NCBI GenBank assembly: GCA_048539495.1
Contig: JBLYPS010000001.1
Coordinates: 82,038-146,037, forward strand
Origin: Dehalococcoidia bacterium
GTDB lineage: Bacteria > Chloroflexota > Dehalococcoidia > SZUA-161 > SpSt-899
DNA: 64,000 nt
Direction: 5' to 3'
The first letter of the stretch is position 1, and every line of letters begins with the position of its first letter. The notes beneath the pieces are model-generated. The model was not told the origin of the DNA and ran no database searches. It worked only from the letters and a program-made list of their open reading frames with translations. This document shows positions 1-9,809 of the stretch, piece by piece. The translations under genes were made by a program, and so were the position numbers.

Positions 1-429
1 TGCGGCCGGTGAGAATCAGTTCCACTGAATCTGACTTTTTGCTCATGAGGTCGATAACCTCCGAGGAATCCAGCCAGCCCCTGTTGAGGGCGACAAAAAT
101 CTCATCCAATATGACCATCTGGTATTCGTCGCTGCGGAGAACCTCTTCGGCACGAGTAAGCGCCTTTCTTGTCGCTTGGCGCAGATCCTCCTCCGCCATG
201 GTGAAGCTATCGCCTTCAGCCAGCTGCACAATCTCGAAGGGGTGATAATTTGAGACGAAGAGGTGCTCCCCGCAGTTGGGATTGCTCTTTACGAATTGAA
301 TGATGATTACCTTGAATCCCTGCCCAGCAGCACGAAGCGCCAACCCCAAGGCGGCTGTTGTCTTACCCTTGCCATCGCCGGTGTAGACGTGAACCAGCCC
401 TCTCCTGGGTGCATCGGTGTCGCTCATAG
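1..429 (-). CDS. cobO: cob(I)yrinic acid a,c-diamide adenosyltransferase (CobO/BtuR family), 3' end beyond window
   Basis: Minus-strand translation from ATG at 429 gives MSDTDAPRRGLVHVYTGDGKGKTTAALGLALRAAGQGFKVIIIQFVKS..., with the P-loop and overall similarity to BtuR/CobA. It is open to the window edge. Track ORFs 9..245 and 43..231 are in other frames. Confidence 0.75.
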
Positions 430-1512
430 TTTTAGAATCTCCTTGATTGCCAGGACCAATCTCTGGCACTCTGGCATGGTGCGTGGGGCGATGCGCACAT
501 ATTCCGGTAAGCCGAATGAGGCGCAGTCGCGAACTATGATACCATATTTGAGCAGGTCTTGTCGAAACTGTTTCCCATCGCCTACCTTGACCAGGAAGAG
601 ATGTGCCTGGGATGGCAGCGGGGGAAGACCAAGCTGGGTAAGTTCACTCTTGAGGAATCCTTTTGCCTGACGAACGCCTTCCTGGCATCTCTGCAGATAA
701 GCTGAGTCACCCAAAGCCAGAAGCCCGGCGTACTGGGCGACGGCATTTACATTCCAGGGGGGGCAAACCCTGCGTAACGTTTTGATGATTTCAGGATGAG
801 CAACGGCGTAGCCCAGCCGCAACCCAGCCAGGGCATAGTCCTTGGTCATCGAGCGCAGGATGACGATATCTTCCCCCTTTATCAAATCCAGAGAGTGCCA
901 GGCGTTTTCAGCGAAGGCTACGTATGCCTCGTCCAGGATCAACAGACTATCTTGAGAGGCGGAGAGGATTTCCTCAATCTCGTGTCTGTTGAGGTATTGG
1001 CCGGTGGGGTTATTGGGATTGCACAGGAAAATGCCCTTGGGATGATGGCGGCAGATCAAATCCACTGTCTCGGCTATATCGAATTTGAAACTTCTTTCTG
1101 CCTGAGCACGGACTCGGAGTATCTTCGAGCCGGCGATGCGGCAGGCGACCTCGTATTCCCCGAAGGTGGGCTCAATGATGAGTATGGTGTCGGCACTCCC
1201 GAAGTAGGCTGAGGCAACGAGCCGGATAAGCTCCATCGAGCCGTTGCCGACGATGATGCTTTCTGCGTCTACGTCCAGGATCCGGGCAAGGGCGCTTCTG
1301 AGTTCGGTGGAATTCGAATCCGGGTAGCGGTCGATGACCACTGACATCAGAGATCCTCGTATTGCCGGCGGCGGACCAAATGGATTGCCGCTTACGCTGA
1401 AGTCGAGCATATCCTCTGGCCTAACACCGATCCGCTCAAGTTCGGCGTAGTCGAGACCGCCGTGAGGGCAGATGTTCAGCGACTCTATCCCGGGTCTTGG
1501 ACGTATGGGCAT
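424..1512 (-). CDS. cobD: class I/II aminotransferase-fold enzyme, likely L-threonine-O-3-phosphate decarboxylase (CobD)
   Basis: 362 aa with the PLP-lysine region SMTKDYALAGLRLGY of the histidinol-phosphate aminotransferase family. Embedded in a cobalamin cluster (cobO, cbiB, cbiA). Confidence 0.7.
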   Translation of the reverse strand: MPIRPRPGIESLNICPHGGLDYAELERIGVRPEDMLDFSVSGNPFGPPPAIRGSLMSVVIDRYPDSNSTELRSALARILDVDAESIIVGNGSMELIRLVASAYFGSADTILIIEPTFGEYEVACRIAGSKILRVRAQAERSFKFDIAETVDLICRHHPKGIFLCNPNNPTGQYLNRHEIEEILSASQDSLLILDEAYVAFAENAWHSLDLIKGEDIVILRSMTKDYALAGLRLGYAVAHPEIIKTLRRVCPPWNVNAVAQYAGLLALGDSAYLQRCQEGVRQAKGFLKSELTQLGLPPLPSQAHLFLVKVGDGKQFRQDLLKYGIIVRDCASFGLPEYVRIAPRTMPECQRLVLAIKEILKL

Positions 1513-1527
1513 AGTTACACCTACTCA

Positions 1528-1632
1528 GGTTCAAGGTTGGGGCTGCGTAACCGTTGAACCTTGAACCGTGAACCTTGAACCCGTTACGGTTCACGGTTAC
1601 TTCGGACTTAAAACCTAAAACTTAAAATAAGA
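1528..1632. repeat. heptamer-armed palindromic element (arms ggttcaa / ttgaacc / gtgaacc, core GGTTGGGGCTGCGTAACC) followed by ttaaaac / ctaaaac heptamers overlapping the cbiB stop
   Basis: Direct reading of tandem 7-mers and inverse 7-mers. Copy 22510..22545 shares the same core with ggctacgtaacc. Confidence 0.7.
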
Positions 1633-2525
1633 CATACCAAAACCCATATCACTGCTACCAGCCACATCAAGAGCAAGGCCGAATCGATCGTTTCCGGCGT
1701 TAAGGCGGTGGTTGCTTCGCCCAGTTTGTAGTGGCCCACCTTCTCTAATTGTACTCCCAGGGCTCCGGCAGCGGCGCTCATCGGCCAGCCAGCATTAGGA
1801 CTCTCCACTTTGGCATGGTCACGGAGCATCGTGTGCCAGGCGCCGGCGGCGCTCTTCCCGGAAAGGAGAGCGGCGAATACCATCATCAGGCCAGTAAGTC
1901 TCGCCGGGATGAAATTAAGCACATCATCCAACCGGGCGGCGAACTTTCCCAGATACTCGTATTTACCCCGGTACCCGATCATGGAGTCGAAGGTATTGGC
2001 CACTCGATAAGCAATGGTCCCCGGAACGCCGAGGAGCAGGAAAAAGAAGAGCGGGGCAACAAAGCTATCGGAGGTATTCTCTGCTACCGATTCCACTGTC
2101 GCTGCCACCAGGAGACTGCTGCTTAGCCCCTCGGTGTTGCGGCCGACCAAAGCCCGCATCTGCACCCGTGCCTTTTGCAGATCGTTATGCTTTAGCAGCC
2201 TCTTGACCTCCAGCGCTGAGCAGCGCAGCTCCCTGATCGAGAATGTCAACTTGAGCAATACGGCAGCACCAATGATATAGGCTACACGATTAAACTCCTC
2301 AAGATAGGCTAGAATGAAATAGGCTGGGGTAGGCAGTAGCGCCAATCCCAGTAGAACCATCCCCGTGCCGTAGAGGAACTGCGTGCCTACAGCACCTCGG
2401 GGGGCGAACCTTTCCAAAAGGGCGATGAATTTGCCGGTCCATCCTACGGGATGCCAGGCGGTGGGGGGCTCTCCCAGCGCCAGATCGATGATCAGGGATA
2501 GCAGCAGGATATATATAGCATCCAC
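1608..2525 (-). CDS. cbiB: adenosylcobinamide-phosphate synthase CbiB/CobD (membrane)
   Basis: 305 aa hydrophobic protein starting MDAIYILLLSLIIDLALGEPP...WHPV, typical of the CbiB family. Confidence 0.8.
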   Translation of the reverse strand: MDAIYILLLSLIIDLALGEPPTAWHPVGWTGKFIALLERFAPRGAVGTQFLYGTGMVLLGLALLPTPAYFILAYLEEFNRVAYIIGAAVLLKLTFSIRELRCSALEVKRLLKHNDLQKARVQMRALVGRNTEGLSSSLLVAATVESVAENTSDSFVAPLFFFLLLGVPGTIAYRVANTFDSMIGYRGKYEYLGKFAARLDDVLNFIPARLTGLMMVFAALLSGKSAAGAWHTMLRDHAKVESPNAGWPMSAAAGALGVQLEKVGHYKLGEATTALTPETIDSALLLMWLVAVIWVLVCLILSFRF

Positions 2526-2563
2526 GGTTTCATTTTCGAAGCAAACTCAAATGCCCGATGGGA

Positions 2564-3964
2564 TTAAAAACGCCTCTCTCGGTTTGTCCATTGAGCGCAG
2601 GACTCTACGAATCGCTTTGCCAGCGAAGACTTACTGCCAAAGTGGAGATGAAAATATGAGCCCAGGATGTTGGACTCCGGCCCAAGGACAAAGCCCTCCA
2701 ACTGCTCCTCAGGCTCAAAGATTCGATAGGCTGCTCTCCCGGTTGGTCCCGATAGCTTCGACCAGTGGAAGAAATGCCCGCGCAGTCTCTCACCTCTTTG
2801 GGCAAGAATGCTGTTCTGCAGCGTTTCAGCTACGCCATAGCCCATTCTCACCCACTTTTTTTGCATCACTGCCCAGCCTGGAACAAGACCAACCATAGCA
2901 TGCTTATTGCTATCAAAGTCGATGATGCCCTGTGAGATATACATCAACCCACCACACTCGGCATAAATAGGTATGCCTGCCTCGGCTGCTTCTACAAGGG
3001 CTCGCTTGAATCCGCTATTCGCCTCAAGCTCAATGGCATACATCTCAGGAAAGCCGCCACCAACATAGACTCCTTGGGTATCAGATGGCAGGTTGGCATC
3101 ATGTAAAGGGCTGACAAATCTTAGCTCTGCTCCCCAGGCAGCCAGGAGGTCAAGGTTGTCCTGATAATAGAAGTTAAACGCCTCATCCTGTGCCACGGCA
3201 ATGCTGACTTGCACCGGCTCTGCCTTCGGAGGGAAGAGCTTGCCCTCCGCAACCTGTGGCAGTGGTTCCGTCATACCAGCCAGACGGAGAATGGTGGCTA
3301 CATCCACCGTTGACTCGACCTGCTCCCTTATCCTCTCCATGTATTCGCTGAGTTCTGCACCCTCAGCAGTGGGCACAAGTCCCAGATGTCGTTCGGGAAG
3401 AAGTATCTCAGCTTTCCTCGGCAAGTAGCCAAATACAGGAACCCCGGCCTTCTTTTCCACTGCCTCGGTCACCCAGCGCAGATGGCTGGGACTACCAACA
3501 TTATTCAGGATGACACCGGCTAGATTTAACTCTGGGTCAAGCTGGCGGTAGCCGAGGGCAATTGCGGCAGCGCTGCCTGACATTTTGGCTACGTCTATAA
3601 TCAGTATCACCGGGGCATGAAGCCACCGGGCAATTTCGGCTGTGCTGCCAGCGCTCTCCAATCCGCTTCGCCCATCGTAGAGTCCCATTACCCCCTCCAC
3701 CACCGCGATATCAGCCTCTCCAGCGGCATGGGTGAAAAGTTCAATCAAGGATTCCGGAGAAAGCATCCAACTATCAAGGTTGCGGCAGGGGAAGCCTGCC
3801 GCCAGGGAATGATATCCCGGGTCGATATAATCCGGACCACACTTGAAGGGCTGCACCCGCAAGCCGCGTTCTCTTAAGGCAGCGATGAGCCCGGCGGTGA
3901 TGGTGGTCTTGCCCACCCCACTGCTTGTCCCTGCGATTACCAGCCTAGGGATCTTCATAATCAA
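2564..3964 (-). CDS. cbiA: cobyrinic acid a,c-diamide synthase (CbiA/CobB) with C-terminal glutamine amidotransferase domain
   Basis: Motifs GTSSGVGKTT, KCGPDYIDPGY, RNLDSWML, VVEGVMGLYDG, DEAFNFYY and YAECGGLMY align with CbiA. Confidence 0.8.
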   Translation of the reverse strand: MIMKIPRLVIAGTSSGVGKTTITAGLIAALRERGLRVQPFKCGPDYIDPGYHSLAAGFPCRNLDSWMLSPESLIELFTHAAGEADIAVVEGVMGLYDGRSGLESAGSTAEIARWLHAPVILIIDVAKMSGSAAAIALGYRQLDPELNLAGVILNNVGSPSHLRWVTEAVEKKAGVPVFGYLPRKAEILLPERHLGLVPTAEGAELSEYMERIREQVESTVDVATILRLAGMTEPLPQVAEGKLFPPKAEPVQVSIAVAQDEAFNFYYQDNLDLLAAWGAELRFVSPLHDANLPSDTQGVYVGGGFPEMYAIELEANSGFKRALVEAAEAGIPIYAECGGLMYISQGIIDFDSNKHAMVGLVPGWAVMQKKWVRMGYGVAETLQNSILAQRGERLRGHFFHWSKLSGPTGRAAYRIFEPEEQLEGFVLGPESNILGSYFHLHFGSKSSLAKRFVESCAQWTNRERRF

Positions 3965-4128
3965 GCCTCACCACCCGAGTTTGTCTCGTAGCCACGGGGA
4001 GTCACCATCCATCGGCCAAAGGTGAAAGTGGTCAAGTTTCCCTTGAACCTGTCTTCCCATGCCCCCGGCGATGACTTCCTTTTGAGCCATAAATGGTATT
4101 CGTAGCGGGGGCTTGCTCCATGAAAATG

Positions 4129-4914
4129 TCATCTATTGCCATCGCCAGGGATGAGGAGCGTTGCCGGCAGGCCGTTGAACGGGTGAGGGTAGACGCAGAC
4201 CACTGCCCCGTAGACCTCCTTGATGTGCTGGGCGGTAATCACCTCCTTTGGCGGGCCTTCAGCATGGATCCGTCCCCCGTTAAGCATGATCAGTCGGTCA
4301 CAGTATTGGGCGGCGAGGTTTAAGTCGTGCAGGCAAGCCACTCCTGCCAGGTTTTGCTCAAGACAGAGGTCTTTAACGAGATCGAGGGTCTCGATCTGAT
4401 AGTTAATATCTAAGTGAGCGGTGGGCTCATCGAGGAGAATAAGTTTCGGCTCCTGAGTCAGTGCTCTGGCGATGGTCAGACGTTGTCTCTCGCCACCGGA
4501 GAGTTCACCGATCCTTCGTTCAGCAAAGGGCTGAGTCCTGGTTTTCTCCATCGCTCGCCAGGCGACATCGAAATCATTTCGGCTTTCGTAGCGAAGCCAG
4601 CCCAGATGGGGTGTCCTTCCCATGAGCACGATCTCAAAGCCGGTGAAGGCTTCGGGCAGAGCGGCTATCTGAGGCACCACGGCGACGAGGCAGGCCAGCT
4701 CGCTCCGGCCGATACCGGCTGCCTCTCGTCCGTCGATAAAGACACGCCCGCTCTTTGGGGTGAGCAAATGACAGATGCCTTTAATCAGGGTTGATTTCCC
4801 CGAGCCATTCGGGCCGACGATGCCCAGAAGCTCCCCCGGTGCAACCTCGAGGTTGATGCCGCTTAAAACTGTGTGCTTGCCGTAGCCGAGTGTGATGTTT
4901 TCCAGCTTTAACAT
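4129..4914 (-). CDS. ABC transporter ATP-binding protein (FecE/BtuD family; putative corrinoid import)
   Basis: Walker A GPNGSGKST, signature LSGGERQR, Walker B ILLLDEP. Sits in an operon with an FecCD permease and a binding protein. Confidence 0.85.
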   Translation of the reverse strand: MLKLENITLGYGKHTVLSGINLEVAPGELLGIVGPNGSGKSTLIKGICHLLTPKSGRVFIDGREAAGIGRSELACLVAVVPQIAALPEAFTGFEIVLMGRTPHLGWLRYESRNDFDVAWRAMEKTRTQPFAERRIGELSGGERQRLTIARALTQEPKLILLDEPTAHLDINYQIETLDLVKDLCLEQNLAGVACLHDLNLAAQYCDRLIMLNGGRIHAEGPPKEVITAQHIKEVYGAVVCVYPHPFNGLPATLLIPGDGNR

Positions 4915-4927
4915 GCGATCACCATCC

Positions 4928-6019
4928 CTAAAATACCGCCACCTTTTTCTGTCGCAGGAGATAGAGAAAGAACGGCGCCCCTAAGAAGGCGGTTATCACC
5001 CCCACCGGTATCTCAGTGGGCGCCAGCACCGTTCGTGCCGCAGTGTCAGCCAGGATTAAGAAACTGGCCCCGGCAAGGGTAGTGAGTGGCAGCAGAAAGC
5101 GATGGTCAGGGCCCCAGATGAGGCGCACCGCGTGGGGGATGATGATGCCCACAAATCCGATAGTTCCCACAAAGCTGACTGCGGCGGCAGTGATCAGCGT
5201 CGCCGCCACCAGCAAAATCAGCTTGACCCGCTCGACATTAATTCCCAGTTGCTGTGCCTGCTCCTCATCGAGCTGCATCACATTTAGCGGTCGGGCATGA
5301 AGCCAGATGACCACCACCCCGATGATACAGGGTGCAGCAATCACCCATACTTGCTCCCAGTTGCTCAAGGAGAATCGGCCCATAAGCCAGGCGATTATGC
5401 CGTGCAATCTATCTCCGGAAATGATCATCAGGTAGGCGGTAATTGAGGCTAAAAAGGCACCCAGAGCCACACCGGCCAGGATAAGGGTGGTCACGGGTAG
5501 GGTTTTGCCCACCCTGGCGATGGAATAGACGGCGGTTACCGCCAGCAGGCCGCCGGAAAAGGCCAGCACCGGAATGAGGCCAGCCACCGACCAGGGTAGA
5601 AGGAATCCAACCACCGCGCCCAGGGCTGCCCCCTGGGCTACCCCGATGAGATAGGGATCTGCCAGGGGGTTACGAAACAGTCCCTGATAGGTAGCCCCGG
5701 CCACGGCCAGCGCAGCACCGACCAGGCCTGCCAGCAGCACCCGGGGCAGGCGAATATCAACGACAATTGTCTCCACCGCTGCTGACCAGGCGGGGGTGAT
5801 ATCTACAAAGGGCAGCCGGGAAAGCAACACCCCCCATATAGTGCCAATGGGAATGTGGGTGCTTCCCACCGCTGAAGCTACAACCATTACCACTCCCAGG
5901 AGCAGGGCCAGCCCGGCGATACTGTACAGGCGGCTTCGCCAGCGCAGCGAATAGGCTGCGGCGGCTTTCGGCAGTGGCATGGTCGTAGCCTTGGGCGGGT
6001 TGAATAATATCATCGTCAT
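4928..6019 (-). CDS. ABC transporter permease, FecCD/BtuC family
   Basis: 363 aa polytopic membrane protein with FecCD-type organisation. Translationally coupled with neighbours (4-bp overlaps). Confidence 0.85.
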   Translation of the reverse strand: MTMILFNPPKATTMPLPKAAAAYSLRWRSRLYSIAGLALLLGVVMVVASAVGSTHIPIGTIWGVLLSRLPFVDITPAWSAAVETIVVDIRLPRVLLAGLVGAALAVAGATYQGLFRNPLADPYLIGVAQGAALGAVVGFLLPWSVAGLIPVLAFSGGLLAVTAVYSIARVGKTLPVTTLILAGVALGAFLASITAYLMIISGDRLHGIIAWLMGRFSLSNWEQVWVIAAPCIIGVVVIWLHARPLNVMQLDEEQAQQLGINVERVKLILLVAATLITAAAVSFVGTIGFVGIIIPHAVRLIWGPDHRFLLPLTTLAGASFLILADTAARTVLAPTEIPVGVITAFLGAPFFLYLLRQKKVAVF

Positions 6020-6939
6020 TCCGGGAAAAGTTCGGGCTGCAGAAGCCTTGCCAACTGCTCCAGGGCATCAACCAGCCTTGGTCCGGGGCGGCTGAATGGG
6101 TCATCCTCAACCAGGTATATCCTGTTTTCCCTAAACGCAGCGGTGACCCCTAATATTGGCACATCCCTTACCCCGGCAGCGCCGTGAGTGGCAATAATTA
6201 CCTGGGGATCTCGGGCGATGACCGTTTCCAGATCAATCATCGCCCAGGCGACGAGGTCATGAGCGATGTTTTTCCCTCCAGCTTTGATGATCAGGTCATC
6301 AGCGAAGGTTCCTGAGCCAGCGACCCACAGCGGGTCATGCCAGACTACGTATAGAACCCCTGGTCTTTGCTCATCAGTCAGAGGCCGTGTTCTGGCAGTT
6401 ATTGCATCAATCCTTTCCTTCAACGTGGTAACCAGCCGGATGGCCTCCTCGCCCTTGCCGGTGATTTCCCCGACTGAGGCAATGTTAGCGAGTACCCTAC
6501 CCAGAGTCTTTGGCGCCAGGACGAAGACGGTTATGCCGACCTCTTCCAGAGCGGCGATTCCTTTCGGGTAGTGGGCGCCTTTGGCCAGTACCAGGTCTGG
6601 CTCAAGGGCGACCACCCTCTCCAGGTCGAAGGGGAGCCAGCCACCTACCTTTTCTATATCCAGAGCCGCTTCTGGGTAATTGCAGAACGTGGTCACCCCG
6701 ACTACCCGGTCTCCAAGACCTAAGGCGAAGAGGATTTCGGTATTGCTCGGGGCAACCGAAACGATCCTCTGCGGCTCTTTTTCAAGGGTTACTGTTCTTC
6801 CCAGGTCGTCAACGAAGGTGCGGGGCACCGGTACCACAGGCTCGATCGGTCTGGGGCAGGCGCCCACCAGGGCAAGCGTCAGGATGAGGGTCAGAGCGAT
6901 CAGGATTCTTATCCAGTGTCGGTGTCGAGTAGAAGCCAT
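6016..6939 (-). CDS. periplasmic/substrate-binding lipoprotein of BtuF/FhuD class (putative corrinoid binding)
   Basis: N-terminal signal with lipobox-like LALVGAC. Class III SBP architecture. First gene downstream of the cobalamin riboswitch. Confidence 0.8.
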   Translation of the reverse strand: MASTRHRHWIRILIALTLILTLALVGACPRPIEPVVPVPRTFVDDLGRTVTLEKEPQRIVSVAPSNTEILFALGLGDRVVGVTTFCNYPEAALDIEKVGGWLPFDLERVVALEPDLVLAKGAHYPKGIAALEEVGITVFVLAPKTLGRVLANIASVGEITGKGEEAIRLVTTLKERIDAITARTRPLTDEQRPGVLYVVWHDPLWVAGSGTFADDLIIKAGGKNIAHDLVAWAMIDLETVIARDPQVIIATHGAAGVRDVPILGVTAAFRENRIYLVEDDPFSRPGPRLVDALEQLARLLQPELFPE

Positions 6940-7104
6940 TTCAACCTCCTTTCTATTTTTTGTGGGTATTAGAGTTTGTCACCGTACCCACGGTCGGTCC
7001 TTTCAACCCCAAAGGGTAGGGGGCGAATTTATTCGCCCTATCGAGGGAGGCTAAAGCCTCCCCTACCCATTTTCAATGGTTATCACATGTCTCTATCACC
7101 TCCT

Positions 7105-7137
7105 TCAAATAGAAATCCCCGCCTCCAGGGCGGGGAA
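7105..7137 (-). terminator. intrinsic-terminator-like hairpin, candidate riboswitch expression platform
   Basis: On the minus strand ccccgccctggaggcgggg is followed by auuucuauuug. It lies between the aptamer and the RBS/ATG at 6939. Confidence 0.5.
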
Positions 7138-7303
7138 AATGTGCCAAACCTAAAACCCCACCCTCCCCACGGAGGCGTTAAGGACACATCAGAGGCTGGC
7201 GTTCTGGCTTCCCCTAGTCGGGGTCACAGTGGCGGGGCCGCGCCGGATTTGCACCGTACTTGCTCTCCATTTTAGCCCTCGCTCACGCTAGGGCACCTCT
7301 GTT
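7110..7303 (-). promoter_or_regulatory. cobalamin (B12) riboswitch aptamer
   Basis: Minus-strand sequence contains ggtgcaaatccggcgcggccccgccactgtgaccccgactaggggaagccag, i.e. the GGTGCAAATCC element and the B12 box GCCACTG followed by GGGAAGCCAG. Upstream of the btuF-like gene. Confidence 0.7.
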
Positions 7304-7928
7304 GAGCTATTCAATTGTGGTCTACTGTTGCTATTATATAGTATTCTAACTGGAAAAGCAAGCGATGTCAAGGGTTCTTAATCATCCGTGAGTCCGGATA
7401 CAAAATACAAAAGCTGCACCCTGCAGGTGATGACCTGAGCGAATCTTAGAATAAAGCAGGGCAGAGATTTTTCTTGAAATGCCCCCGCTTTAAGTCTCCG
7501 GTTGCAAGCACCAATTTTTTCATCCCATGGGATACAGAGCTACCTCACTGGGCAGGTGAGTCTCAATAACCAATAACCAGACAGCTTGCCTCGCCCATAC
7601 CTCTCTTGACAAAGGCAAACGGGAGGTTTACTATAAGGTAAACATAATGCTTGTGTACCAACTATCGGAGCATAAACCATGTATGATGCTGGAAAGTATA
7701 TCTGTTTCAATCTAGGACGGGTGATGCGCCGGGCGTATGATTACTATGAAAAGCGGCTGTCATCCTTACAGAGGAGGCGTCCTTGCTGACTGGTATGCCA
7801 CTTTCCGGAAAAAACCTTGAAGAGCTGACCGAGATGAAACAGATGGACCTGCCGGGCCTGGGCAAGCGTCTGGATGCACTGGCCAGGAAAGGCCTAGTCT
7901 TCCGCACCGCCAAAGGAGGCCGGCCTCA

Positions 7929-9062
7929 ATGTCGCTAAGTGAGAACATCAAAGATTTTGGCCTTGATTTGGGTTACAGCAAGGTGGGCATTACCACCGCC
8001 GACAGTTTCCCGAGCTACATCGAAGATCTCAAGGGTAGGTACGATATGTACGCCTGGTACATCGAAGGCCCTTCCCAGCCAATCAAGGGCGCTGACCCCA
8101 GGAGCGTCATGCCATCGGCCAAGTCCATCATAGTTGTAGTCTATGATTACTCCAAGGAGTCCTTTCCGGAGAAACTCGTGGGCAAGATAGGTCGGCTCTA
8201 CCAGGCAAGGTGTTCCCTCACCCCCCGCAGTCGTATCAACGGAGCCCGACGTCAACTGATGCGGGAGTTCCTGGAGAACAAAGGGTGCGAAGTAGCCCAA
8301 CGGCTGGTCGTTCCCGATCGGCTGTCGGGAGCACGAGCTGGCATCGTCACCTATGGTAAGAATACATTCACCTTCGCCGATGGGATAGGGTCGTTCATCC
8401 TCATGACCGCCTTCATCGTCGATGCCGAACTTGACTATGATGAGCCAACTATGGGAGAAGAGTGTCCGCCTAAATGCATGGCCTGCATTGACGCCTGCCC
8501 TACCGGGGCCCTGTATGAGCCGCTGAAAATGAACCCGCTCCGCTGCATCACCTACAACTGCTTTATGACCCAGGATGGCCTTCCAGCGGGCACCACAAGC
8601 TACATCCCGCCTGACATCAGGGACAAGATGGGTTCCTGGATTCATGGCTGCGATATCTGTCAGGAGGTATGTCCTCGTAACCAGAAGAGGCTCAAGGCAA
8701 AGCTGCCACCGAATGAGTTTCTGGTCAAAGTCGCTGAGGATTTCGAGCTAATCAAGCTTCTCAATCTCACCAACGAGTTCTACGCCAAGACCGTCCAACC
8801 GCTGATGTACAACTATATCAGAGAGAAGAAATACTTCCAGAGGAACGCCGCTATTGCCCTGGGGAATACAGGCGATCCGGAGTTCATTCCCGACCTCGCA
8901 CGGGCGATGATGGACTCGGAGGAGCTGGTGCGTGGCTATGCCGCCTGGGCTCTGGGGAAGATCGGGGGCGGTCGGGCTATGGAGATCCTGGAGGTCAGTC
9001 TGGCGCGTGAAACTTCTGAGTTGGCCAGAAAGGAGATTGAGGCTGCTCTGGCCGTTGCCTGA
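7929..9062 (+). CDS. queG: epoxyqueuosine reductase QueG (B12-dependent, 4Fe-4S, C-terminal HEAT)
   Basis: Motif-by-motif match to E. coli QueG: LGYSKVGITTAD, GKNTFTFADGIGSF, CPPKCMACIDACPTGAL, RCITYNCF, HGCDICQEVCP and the C-terminal AAWALGKIG. Confidence 0.8.
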   Translation: MSLSENIKDFGLDLGYSKVGITTADSFPSYIEDLKGRYDMYAWYIEGPSQPIKGADPRSVMPSAKSIIVVVYDYSKESFPEKLVGKIGRLYQARCSLTPRSRINGARRQLMREFLENKGCEVAQRLVVPDRLSGARAGIVTYGKNTFTFADGIGSFILMTAFIVDAELDYDEPTMGEECPPKCMACIDACPTGALYEPLKMNPLRCITYNCFMTQDGLPAGTTSYIPPDIRDKMGSWIHGCDICQEVCPRNQKRLKAKLPPNEFLVKVAEDFELIKLLNLTNEFYAKTVQPLMYNYIREKKYFQRNAAIALGNTGDPEFIPDLARAMMDSEELVRGYAAWALGKIGGGRAMEILEVSLARETSELARKEIEAALAVA

Positions 9063-9221
9063 GCCATTATAAGAGGGGCTGAGAAAAAACCGAACCAATC
9101 ATGCGTGGTAGATTGGGGCTCATCTGGACAGGGGAGACAGCGGGGAGGTATAATAGACTCTCAAGGCAGGGGGCAATGCAGGTTACAAGAGGTGGAAAAT
9201 ATGGATAACGAGGAGGTAAGA

Positions 9222-9509
9222 ATGCCTGTCTATGTTATGCTGACCACCCTCACCGACGAGGGAAGGAAAACGATTAAGGAAAAACCCGAGCGAATTAAGG
9301 AGGTTAATAAGGAAGTAGAGAGCATGGGGGTCAAGATACTGTGCCAGTATGCCCTGCTGGGTCAGTATGATTTCATCAATATCCTTGATGCCCCCAGCAA
9401 TAAAACCATAGCCAAGGTGGCGCTGGAATTGGGTGCCAGGGGAACGCTTCAAACCATGACGCTGGCGGCGATGTCTCTGGACGATTTTATCGGTGCCCTG
9501 AAAAAGTAA
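9222..9509 (+). CDS. GYD domain protein
   Basis: MPVYVMLTTLTDEGRKTIKEKPERIKEVNKEVESMGVKILCQYALLGQYDFINILDAPSNKTIAKVALELGARGTLQT is GYD-family. RBS gaggagg precedes this ATG. The longer track ORF from 9105 looks like a spurious extension. Confidence 0.75.
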   Translation: MPVYVMLTTLTDEGRKTIKEKPERIKEVNKEVESMGVKILCQYALLGQYDFINILDAPSNKTIAKVALELGARGTLQTMTLAAMSLDDFIGALKK

Positions 9510-9650
9510 CCCTGCCATTCTTAGTCCTCTTGTCTCCTGTGCCTCCTGCTCTTGATCCGAATGAGCCGCGGAACCCAGAAATACTCCCGGAAATCCCTAT
9601 GGCAATTTAGCTGATATCTAGAACAGCACACTGCAAGGCGCCGACCCGGT

Positions 9651-9720
9651 GTAGCCGCACCCTTTATGGGTGCGCTTGCGGAGGCGACCGATCCTTCGCA
9701 GGCATAAAGCCTGCGGCTAC
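9651..9720. repeat. REPIN-like inverted pair GTAGCCGCA...TGCGGCTAC with internal hairpins
   Basis: Reads gtagccgcaccctttatgggtgcgc...gcaggcataaagcctgcggctac: GTAG and CTAC termini with complementary 9-nt ends and two internal stem-loops. Confidence 0.45.
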
Positions 9721-9764
9721 CGCCCACCTCTGTCAGGTTGTCCCTATTCTCCCCACGCACTTCA

Positions 9765-9793
9765 TTGACATAGTCTCTGACTTGGCCTAAAAT
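9765..9793 (+). promoter_or_regulatory. sigma70-like promoter for alaS
   Basis: TTGACA, then a 17-nt spacer, then TAAAAT, followed by RBS gaggagg and the ATG at 9810. Confidence 0.5.
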
Positions 9794-9809
9794 CAATGTG
9801 AGGAGGGTT

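Noticed and set aside
9-245. Track ORFs 9..245 (+) and 43..231 (-)
   Set aside because: Out of frame relative to the clear CobO-family translation of the minus strand that starts at 429.
9105-9221. Long N-terminal extension of the GYD protein (track ORF from 9105)
   Set aside because: The extension is Gly/Arg/Gln-rich with no RBS. The internal ATG at 9222 has gaggagg upstream and matches the GYD family length.
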